Shown here: positions 11,707 through 22,057 of the stretch, in pieces
How the letters are laid out: the number at the start of each line of letters is the position of its first letter
Numbering within the stretch: position 1 is the first letter of the stretch
Source: Takakia lepidozioides
Taxonomy: Eukaryota > Plantae > Bryophyta
Assembly: GCA_030704615.1 (NCBI GenBank)
Contig: CM060731.1
Coordinates: 82,026,001-82,090,000 of the forward strand
Direction of reading: 5' to 3'
DNA length: 64,000 bases
Notes under the pieces: generated by a model
Told to the model about the DNA's origin: nothing
The model's input: only the letters and a program-made list of their open reading frames with translations
Database searches by the model: none
Made by a program: the position numbers and the translations under genes

Positions 11707-13886
11707 TCAGGTGAGTGGGGTACCAATGACTTGTGAATTGTGCAAGTATTTCCATGCCTCATGTCCTTTAGAGAAAATATCATCAAGGCCGAATTTCTGT
11801 GTTGACAAATTGTTCCAGGCCGCATGAAACCATGAACGAATTTGAGAATCCTTTTGTATCATAACTTTTGCCTCATATAGGTACATATGAGGTGGCACTG
11901 AAGGTAAGACCCAACGATCCCCACTGGAATAACTCAGAAAGCGCGATTGCATCTTGTGCTGCTCAATGTGATAACGTACCAGAAAACAAGCAGCGTAGTA
12001 TAACCCGCATCCCATGACAATACTTGCTACCTCCTTGGTCTTGGTATAAATGAATCCATGTACAACTTGGAAGGCAATTAATTCCTTCAACATGGTACCT
12101 GCCTCATGCCAGTACTGTGCAAAGTGATGATCCTCAATTGGTCGATTGTTCGGAAGAACTTTAGTTCTAGTTGCCACTGGCAGCCAAATGCGCATGATTT
12201 GATAGTAATGTACCAATGACTGCGGAGGACTAAATTCTTTCCAAGCCAAATCTAACATAATGGGAATTTGGTTGAAGGGCATAATCATAGCCCTACTGTA
12301 CTCCCTTGCAGCTGGAGTTTTAGGTGGGTTAAAAGCAGCATTCCCCATACCTCAGGCTGTGGTGGCTGTGGTGTGGCTGTTGTAACAACAGGGTCAGCTA
12401 CTGGCACAGTGACTTGTTGTGGTGTTGGTGGCACTGGCTCTTGTATCATTGGCATCTCCTGCACCTCCTGTGAAGAAGACTGAAAAGCCAAAGTTTTGGC
12501 TTGTAAATAAGAAGCCATTAGCTGTTCCTCTGGTATATAGACTCTTTTGTCGATATTTGAAGTGAGGTCCTCCACTTGAGTCTGCAGGCCGTCTACATCC
12601 TCCTGTAACTCCGCTATCCTACTATAGACATTGTCTATAGTAGTTGTGGCAATGTTCTGCACTTGCAGTCTGAGCTCATTCATCTCGCTTTGGGTGAGCT
12701 TTCGTGGTGCTTTGCCCTCCACTGGCCCTTGTGCTAACCAGACCTGCATAAGGTGGTTATCCACCAAGTTGCTTGTGGTTCCTCTGAGAGTGTGCTCCTC
12801 TCTGAGTTTGTACACATCTAATTGCTGTTGTAAAGCCTCCATGCGCTTCACATGAGGTTCAACCAAATTCGCATAGGCAGCAAGCAGATTATTGGCTTCC
12901 TTCCAAGCCTTGTTAGTGACCGAGATTTCATTTCTATTGGCCATGACCGTTTGTTGCAACTCCAGGATGTGCCTCTCTTGGTCAGATTCAACCTGTCTGT
13001 ATTGCTTGAAAGTATCCTCATTGCGACAGATTGTATTCTTCATATCGACAATGAGTTTCATTTGCTCAACATTCTCTTCCTCTGCCTTCGTACATCTTTC
13101 CGCTTGACTGTTTATTTCTGTTGTAGATTGGTCAAGCATAGTTGTGAGTGTAGCACATTGGATGGCCATCCTGTCATGCACTGTCTGCAACTCCATATGT
13201 AGTGCATTCACTTCTTGCAACTTGCTTTCATGCTTCACCTGCATTTGGTATAGCTGTTGCTTATGTGCTTCGTGCAAGTGGTCTTGTGTGAGGCCTGCCT
13301 CAATCAATTGTTCCTTGGCCAATTGCAAAGCCGCTTCTGTACTCTCCAAGTCTTGCTGCATTTTGAGAGTGACCTCTTCATCGACCTTGTTTGCACATTC
13401 TGTGGCAAGTCGAGCCTCAAACTCTTTCCTGAGTTCCTCCCTCAAAGCTGCCAATTGAGTAGTGGGAACATGGGATTTGACATAAGTACCCAACAAATTC
13501 AGTGTCCTGCTTATGGAACTCATAAGCATAGCCTGTTGAGGGTCATCTTGGTGAGCTTGCTGCTGTTCTCCCTGATCCTCAACAGTGTGATGCCTTACGA
13601 ACCATTCAGGCCATTGCCCCATGAGATTTTCTTCCTGAACTACTTCATCCGTCACTGGTGCTGCAGTGTTTTGACATTCTACCTATGGTACCTCCGTCAC
13701 AGGTGTGTGTATTATATGCACTGCAAGGTTTCCCTTGGACAACCGTTGCACCTCCGGAATCACTGTGTCCTTGACCATACCGGAATATTCATAGAGAAGA
13801 TCCCCCTTCTCAATTTCTGCCACCACCTGTTCTGTAGTGGGAATATCTAACCCTTCTTTTTCTAAATCAATTATTTCTGGTTGAAC
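11707..13886 (-). pseudogene. C-terminal half of the Gypsy extra ORF (long coiled coil plus unknown C-terminal domain)
   Basis: VQPEIIDLEK... continues in frame from ...PQVVHA at 28271. A single TAG lies at 13683-13685. The Q/E/L-rich helical ORF 12285-13655 overlaps ORF 11707-12348, probably through a frameshift. Confidence 0.7.
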
Positions 13887-14031
13887 TGCCACTACAACAA
13901 AAAGCGGCTTTTACGTCTCTGTGTTATGACTGCAAATGCAGTCATGGAAGCCATTTACGACTTCCTGACTCTGAAGACGTAAAGACCTAGTCAGTTGTGA
14001 CATGGCAGATATGACTCTCCAGGCTGGCTGT

Positions 14032-14725
14032 CACGTGGCGCCAGAGCAGCTGTGGGGGTAGTCATACACGCTGGCATTACTGAATGACTGAACGGACAGT
14101 GTAGTCCATGTCAGCCGCGGTGTCAGACAGACACGTGGTGGCTACAGAACATGCCACGTGTCAGACTGCGACGCCAGCCCTCACTGCCAGCTATGACAGC
14201 GGACGAGGGAATTAAACGACAGCACGTGTCGCGTCATAGAAGAAACGCGTGGTGCGACATATCATTGCCACGTGTCACTGTGGGGGACGGGGCTTCGCAG
14301 TCACATGTATGTCTTCATGGGGGAAATTTGGGGTCAACACGTGGCAGCATCTGGGGACACCATATGCCACGTTCGTGTGTGCCCACGTGCTGGACTTTCG
14401 AGAGCTGTGGTGGATTCTTGCCAGTCATACCTACGACTGGCGCAGTACGGTATATTCCATGAACAGGGGATTCCATGAGGACGTTGTAGTCCCAGGTGGT
14501 GCCACGTGCACGATCCTCTAAACCTCACGTGCTGCTTCGTAGACATACATTTGACTGGACGTTCTGCATATGGAGTCATAGGACCAACTGCGCGGGGACC
14601 TTAGGGGGTCACGTGTCGGAATGTAATATGCTCATACACGTATCATATTGGGTTCGGTACTCATGGTTATGACTCTAGACGGACACGTGGATATGCCACA
14701 GAGGCAGCCAATAGGGTGCCACGTG
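14032..14725. promoter_or_regulatory. Cluster of 12 CACGTG (G-box/ABRE core) motifs in the CACTA-1 left subterminal region
   Basis: CACGTG at 14032, 14132, 14155, 14223, 14269, 14338, 14384, 14503, 14526, 14610, 14684 and 14720; several are in ACGTGGC/ACGTGTC context. Function is inferred. Confidence 0.6.
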
Positions 14726-15108
14726 CATGTGCCATACAACATCACAATCATGTATACAGCAAGACTTTAGGCACAGAAGTGGCACAAAAGTGGCACAGAC
14801 GTAATTCTGAAAGACCACAATAGCAGCAACATCACCATCCAGCATCACCATTATCAACCACATATGAACAGCAACAACATAACCAACCATAGTGTGTGCA
14901 ATGGGGACATACCACCTACCACCACATTGCTCATTAATGAGGCATAAGTTTGCAACAACATGCATGAGAAAATCCAACATGTGATTGCTATCAAAATTGG
15001 ACAGTCAATTCAGAGAAACTGTCACTACTATAAGTTACCGTAGTTGCCAAATCCGGATGAGGCACAGGTGGAAATCCCCAAGAAATCCACGATGCTAGCC
15101 GACCTGCC

Positions 15109-18100
15109 TCATCTCTTTGTCTGCAAGGTCTTCACTAGTTTGTCACTCCACACAGTAATGTAACCTACAGTGTCTCCCAACTCAGTGTGATGAGGCTTCA
15201 TGGATTTGTTGTGATATGGTAGAGGGGCATTGGGAATGCGGACATCATCAATGTGGATGGCCACATAGCCTTCTGGCACAACAGGGTACCCTTCACTCAC
15301 CTCCATCCCTTGGAGACCAGCAATGCGGCCAGATCCGGCTGTTGATCGCGAAACAGTGTCTATGAGCTTGACATGGTCTCCCACCACGAACTGCCATCCC
15401 AGCCCAAACATGGCAGATTGCATGAGAATTGTGGAACATGGATCGTGGAACGTATTGTGTCTACAAGGTCTACAAGGAGCTAATAACAATTTGTCTATCC
15501 AGGTCGGGAAGGGGAGAATAGCAGATGCATACACTTACCCCATTCTGCGAATCAGGGATCAGTGGTGTCGGCTTCCTCAAAGGGTGAAGGTGTGCTGCCC
15601 TTTGATTTGGGGGGCCTCGTTCGTGGCCAAGCACCTACAACCAACCAACAAGCACCAAAAATGTATATTATCTACACTGGGAACTCAAATTACACTAACA
15701 CAATAAGATGCACCCAAACTGTCAATGCCTACAGTTGACACTGCGACAGTAATTTGACAAACTCTATCACAACATGTTTTACTGCCACAACTTAAGCACA
15801 AATGAGGCTGGCAATGGCACAAGGGAGTCACACAAAAATGCCTCTAATGTCTGGCACTGTGTACCACACTACAAAGTATGTTACCTGGCGAGGCTGAATG
15901 GCTCGAGGGCTGATAGCTTGTTGCCCAAATGTGGGTTGCCCTTTGAGATATTCTGGAATGCTCGGAGCCTTAGCTGCCCCCTCCAAGAAGGGCCATAAGC
16001 TGGTCAGAAGGAAATTATCATTGTGCGCCTCTACAGAACGACTTCTCCAAGGCAGTGGGAAAATGGCGCTGTATGCTGGATTTTTTGACCCCTTGTGCGG
16101 TGTGTCGTCAACAAGAAGAGTGGTTTCAGGATTCCAGACACAGTTGTCCCGCCACACTGTAGATAGGTTCTTCAGAAACCGTGGTTTCATGGGCAGGCTC
16201 CCATCCATGTCAGTGGACTGCTCACAATATCCCCCATCCCACTTGAATGCAAGGTCACGGTGCCCATGGAAAAGCCAGTCCACTGTGGGTAGGAAGTTAC
16301 GTGGTTGCATACAAGACCATGCTGCCACTTCAAAGTGTTCGAAACACTTGTCCAAAAAAGCTTTGCAACCAGGCCTTACAACGACCATCTTGCTACCACA
16401 TAATTTGTGCTCAAGGCCATTTGGAACCACAAACGCATTACCGCTCCCGACATGGACGCACTCACACAGCAATCCATTAATATCTAGGATGAGCAAATGC
16501 TTGCCCTTCTCCACTATTGTGTGCACGACATTCTCCGACATTAATTGAAGGTTGGGAGTGGAAGTGACAACCGTGGGTTGCTGGGTAATATCTGCCCGCG
16601 GGGAAACAAGGTCAATGTCCAGGGTTGTCTCAGATGCCCCCACCGCGACAGCAGCAGGCCGGAGTTCTGCATGCGCCTCCACTACCGCACAGTGTGACAG
16701 AACTGCACGAGGACGCGTAAGTTCCTTGGTAGGGGTGTCGTCCCCTCCACCTGGGCCAACATGCTCCACCTGCACATCATCCTCGAATGCATCAACGGGA
16801 GTGACGTTACCTGGTGACATGCCAGGCAAGTCAAACCTGTCCTCCAGACGTCTTGAGGCTGAAGGGCCAGCGATGCACGAGCTGTTTGCTATGGATGAGC
16901 CCACTAAGGCAGGTGAGGAAATGCTGATCCCAAATTTCTCAGCCATGGCCTTCTGGTACATCATCACATGCGATATTGTAGCCTTCAAATCCATCATATC
17001 TTTGTGTTGTGCACCCTGTGCTCTTTCCATATCCTCCACTTTGCGAGCAATTGCTGAATACCCAGAGGTCCCCTCCTGCCAGGTCCACGCAAGTCCATGA
17101 ACAACATGAGAACATCATGCCGTTGGTAGGGAAAATGCCTAGAACAAAATAATCGACAAAAAATGGGAGAAAGAATGATCACGTGGATCTCACCATCCGC
17201 TCGCTGGTCAATGTTCTGCTTACTGAACCTTCCTGGATTTCATGCAACGATGGACTTCGGCCTCGCTCCTTTGCCTGCATTTGTCATGTACCAGCTCAGT
17301 ATGCTAGCATGGTCAACCTGACGAGCGACATACCATTCTGTGACAACAGTGATTGAACAGAGGTTTGTCAGACATACTGTTGGGATGCAACCAATATTGG
17401 TATCCCCGCGCCCACTAACCTAGTCACTATGTCTGCAGTAATACAGAGAGCTGAGTGACAAATGCAGCTAATGCAGAAGAGTAATCACCAGCACAACACT
17501 ACCCTATGTTAATGACCACAAAAAGTCATGTTAACACTCACACTCACTCTCACTATTGCAGTTTCAAATACTGCCCTGACATCATCATTGCACGACAACT
17601 CTGATCAGACCCTCCTCTATCCACACTTACAGATTGGTATGTAAAATGAGGACCCCACCCACTTCACAACTTTGCCAGGTTCGGGTAATCCGGGTTTTCT
17701 AGTAATCCAATAATCCGGGTTTTCCAGATATCCTCTAGAAAACCCTTCACACAAGCATCAATCTGCTGGGTGTGATTTGCCCAAAAACTAGGCCTCAGGA
17801 AGGCCTGGGCTTTTGGCTCAGCCTCTCAACTTTCAAAGTTGGTGAACAGGGGTACAGGCACAATTCCCTTGATTGAATTGAAGACAACGTCTCTTTGGTG
17901 AGAGAACCCCGGACAGTGTATCAGAAAATGAATATGTCTTCAGATTGCCCACACAACGGACAATTGCACTCTCCCTTTCCTCTCTGCTTCTGTTTGCTGT
18001 TCAAAGGTAGGCTTGCTTCCTGCCCTGAGTTTAAATTTCAGTCTAGTGCCGAGAGTGGGTAGACCCTTGAGGTCATCCAAGATGTCCACCCCCATGTCAC

Positions 18101-21100
18101 TGACTAGAAAGAAGTTCAGGGAAGTTCTCTGCCTAACTTCATTTCATCAGACAATCTCATGGCTTCAGACACTACAGCCTCTAAGGCAGATTTATCCAGC
18201 AGGGTCAAGACTTGCGGATCCAGGTCCAGGTCCTTGAGAATCTTTTCTACTCTCTTCTGCCAGGACTTAGCCTGTTTGACAGGGCGGTCCTGTTTCCAAG
18301 ATATAGAGTCGATCAACTTAGGATATCTGGTGTTGGGCATATGTTGCAGCTGACCCCACCATCTGACCTTGAATTCATCTCGTCGGGAGCTTAAGGATGG
18401 AATGCCAAACTCACCCCGAACAACCACATTGGCTGTTTTGGAGCATGCTGACATACACTCCTTAAGCACCCCCACTTGAATGGATTCTAGAGACTTAGCC
18501 TGGTTGGAGCTATCAACCCATATAGCAGATCTGTACTCCAAGGCAGGTCCCCCCTTAAAGAAAAGCCTTCAAGCACCTTGCGACAAGGTGAATGAACACT
18601 TTAGTTCACTCCACAGGCAACACCCCTTCAAGAAAAACCTGATTGCCGGGGACATAATTTGGAGAATTCAATGACAAAGCCTGGTGGCACTTCGTACTTC
18701 CCTCCTAACATGGTGTAAAATGGGGGAAATGGACACCCCATTATACATTGTACTCATAAGACGTTGTTTGCCGTAGCCTTCTGGCCATTGACCCCCGCCC
18801 AGTTTGAGCGGGAACAAAAGGAACAGAACCTACCTCAGTCAGGGGTTGACGTTGGTAGTAAGACTTACCTTCATATAAAGATTTAATCCGGGTTTTCCAG
18901 ATATCCTCTAGAAAACCCTTCACACAAGCATCAATCTGCTGGGTGTGATTTGCCCCAAAACTAGGCCTCAGGAGGGCCGCGGCTTTTGGCTCAGCCTCGA
19001 GAGTTTCAAAGTTGGTAAACAGGGGTACAGGCACAATTCCCTTGATTGAATTGAAGACAACGTCTCTTTGGTGAGAGAACCCCGGACAGTGTATCAGAAA
19101 ATGAATATTGTCTTCAGATTGCCCACACTACGGACAATTGCACTCTCCCTTTCCTCTCTGCTTCTGTTTGTTGTTCAAAGGTAGGCTTCCTGCCCTGAGT
19201 TTAAATTTCAGTCTACTTCCAACTTGTGGGTAGACCCTTGAGGTCATCCAAGATGTCCACCCCCATGTCACTGACTGGAAACAACTTCAGGGAAGTTCTC
19301 TGCCTAACTTCATTTTCATCAGACAATCTGATGGCAACAGACATGCCTTCAGACACTACAGCCTCTAAGTCAGATTTATCCAGCTGGGTCAATACTTGCG
19401 GATCCAGGTCCAGGTCCTTGAGAATCTTTTCTACTCTCTTCTGCCAGGACTTAGCCTGTTTCACATTATAAACAACAATCAGCCAAGGCAAAGAGGGCAA
19501 AAAGGCTGGTGTGTGAACTTACAAGCCGAGCCTCAACAGATGCCTTCCCACCACGTCCTGTTTTTGAAGGCTTCTTGATTGATGAATTTGCAACCTTCAT
19601 GAGGGCACTTTTTGCGTTGAATCCTGCTGTCTGCCAATACGATACCAGCCTGTCCCAATGAGCTTCCTTCAGATGCGCAGGCCTCCCCTCGCCTGCCTTG
19701 TACATTGCATGGATCTCGTGTCTTTGGGTTTTCAAGGCAATGCCAAGTGTCTTCCTCATGTGCTCATAGTCAAGACCACGTGGCGTGTACGCAAATGTAG
19801 AGTTTAGAATCCTATATATTTCTTCAATGACAGATTCATCCTGCGCTGCAATATGCATTGACATGTCACACAAACGCCACATCTGGCCTTTGAGGGCTGC
19901 ATGCCAGGTATTGCGTGCTGGTCCAATGGGCTCTCCAGCTTTGTCAACCGGAAGCACTTGAGGGGGGAGTCCATCTTCGTCTCGCGCATCATGGTTTCGG
20001 ATTGCCTCTGCCCTGGCACGCCTGTTCGCCCGCCTCAAAGCATTAGCTCGCTCCTTCTTGGTCATAGGGGTCTCTTCCTTTGCCACCTCAGGTGGTGGGG
20101 CAGCTGGGGGTTGCCATGGGGAATGGGGGGCGGGACAGTATCGCCCACCGTATGGCCCAAAAGGTTCGTATGGTGGACGTGTAGATGCCGGGTAAGCATG
20201 TGGGTCTAGGAGGTAAGGGGGAATAGGTGGAGGAGAATGGGCATATGGCTGCTGTGGGTAACCACCTGGAGGGGGCTTGTATTGGATGTGCGGGTTGTAA
20301 GGGCCCGCAGCGCCATACTGATCGGGGGTGGGGTAGGCATGTGGGTAATGTGTGTACGGAGGGTACTGTGGAATAGGTCGTGGAGGTGGTCGTTCTGCGC
20401 TTGGGGACTTGTTTGTAGCAGGGTTGACTTGTTTGAACAACCCCCGCCCCGATGGACTGCCCACCACAGCTGCAGCGCCTTCGATGGAAGCTCGCCTCTT
20501 CCTGGCCTGCACAGAATAAAAACCAATTCAAACATTAAAGTCAATCAAAGCATTCAAATGAAATCATGGCAACTTAGAACAAATTAACGCCGTGCACCTG
20601 CCATTTTAAAGCTTTGATTGTACTCATCCTCCTATGAGCAGGTCCTCATCCCCTCAGACTCATCAGGTGCCCCACACTTCTGTTTACCCATTCAGAAAAG
20701 TGGGGGCTGAGCCAAATCTACATGGCCAATTCCAAAGCCTACCTAGTGGGGAGACCTCAAAAACCATTGGCATGCTTGTATCAAAGCGTGCATACAAGTA
20801 CTTGCATCAGTGGGTAGATGGACTCATTTGAATGGACATTGCATTTTAGTTGTAAACAGAAACATCACTATGTATCAACCTCTTAGTAAGAGCCTTTGAC
20901 TTTAACCCAAACTATGTACACGATGAAGATATAGCAAAAGGGGTTGATTTCCTATCCCATTGTGGGGTTTCACTGCCTATATGCTCGGGCATCCCTTCCT
21001 TCCTACATCCCAATTTTTCTAGCAATGCCATCTCCCCAATGTGAAATTCCCAAAGTGAGAACTTTCCAAATGTGATTGCATTCAAAGTTGTGCCACGTCC

Positions 21101-21450
21101 ACTGCCAGATTTTCTGTGGCTTCCACCTTTCAACCTCTTCTGTGTGGGAAGTGCATTTACATCCTGGAATGCTAAGAAAGTCTCAGACACGTTCTGTACA
21201 TTTGCATGCTTCCTTCATGGGTATGCTGAGCATGTGAATGCATAGAAATGCTGAAGATGTGGCGTCATAGTGAGGAGGTGCTTACAGATGGTGATTTTGC
21301 CGGCGACGGGCGTTTCTGGGGAAGCGAGGGTGCAGGAGCTGGGTGGCGAAGAATATCTTCGCTAGAATCGCCAGTGTGCTCGCCCGCAGGGACACACAAC
21401 AAATCCTCCTCCTCGTCTTCGTCTACATACTGTCGTGCCTCGTCGGCCAT
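15109..21450 (-). CDS. CACTA TnpA-like protein: Pro-rich region, Transposase_24 (Ptta/En/Spm), FCP1/NIF-like HAD phosphatase domain, C-terminal TNP1/En-Spm (DUF8039-like) domain; exons ~21450-21286, 20506-19523, 17274-17194, 17075-15885, 15634-15539, 15390-15109
   Basis: All junctions are GT-AG and phase 0, with no stops. Transposase_24-like: HWDRLVSYW...KTGRGGKASVEARL|AKERGRSPS. FCP1-like: LLILDINGLL...VRPGCKAFL...AAWSC...FLKNL...TLLVDDTPHK...NPAYSAIFP. C-terminal TnpA-like domain: GDHVKL...PEGYVAIHIDDV...APLPY...LGDTVGYITVW. The 5' exons are uncertain. Confidence 0.82.
17686..18550 (-). mobile_element. Non-LTR retrotransposon (LINE) ORF2 3' fragment, copy A, in the TnpA intron
   Basis: PALEYRSAIW...SLESIQ...VRGEFGIPSL..RR (post-RT region) and a C-terminal CPLCG...HFLIHCP Cys/His motif; frameshifted. 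Confidence 0.8.
18746..19463 (-). mobile_element. 5'-truncated LINE, copy B, with 7-bp TSD CATTATA
   Basis: Near-identical to copy A over ~18885-19460 and keeps the 3' end (...GGCAAACAACGTCTTATGAGTACAATG). CATTATA occurs at 18739-18745 and 19464-19470. Confidence 0.8.
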
Positions 21451-22057
21451 TGTTTCTAGCCTTCCACTGCGTCTGGGTGGTCCCGTGGGTAGTGGAGGTC
21501 GACGGCAAGCACGCTTTGGTTTCGGAGCAAGAAGCCTGCAATCCTCGCCCCATGAAGAAATTAACCAATCCCGCTCTCTTCATGGTGCGCCATGATAGTG
21601 TGGAGACAGGCGTCGCCTCACAACCATCATTCTGTGTACTTAGCAATGCAATCCCAACACTGGGAATGTAGAAAAACTCGTAAACCCAAAAGACAAGGAT
21701 GCGGGCAATTTCAGGCTAAACCGTAGACCTCTCACATTTTAAAAAAAAAACCCTAATGACAAGCCCCTGCAATGCGATGTCTGACAACCCCAAACTAAAG
21801 TATTCGGGTCAGTTGAGCACTCCGGTTGAGGTGGAATGCTCTCCTGCGAGATTTAGGCCACAACACTAGGGTGAGCCGCCTCTCAGTATACTCACAGTGG
21901 GTGCGAACCAAACAACTCCGCCTCAACCTCTTTGTTGCGAGCAATGCAGGTCTCCCTTAGCTTCTCATACGCAGTCAGAGGACCGCACGGGGAGGGCCTG
22001 ACCATGGCAGTCTGACATCAGCTGCAAAGACCCTTGCACACCCCCTGTGTAAGTACA

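Noticed and set aside
15828-17039. Stand-alone host CTD-phosphatase/TIM50-like gene
   Set aside because: It lies inside CACTA TIRs and splices in phase to TnpA domains on both sides.
15898-17100. Long plus-strand ORFs 15898-16548 and 16552-17100
   Set aside because: Antisense shadows of the minus-strand exon, with no motifs.
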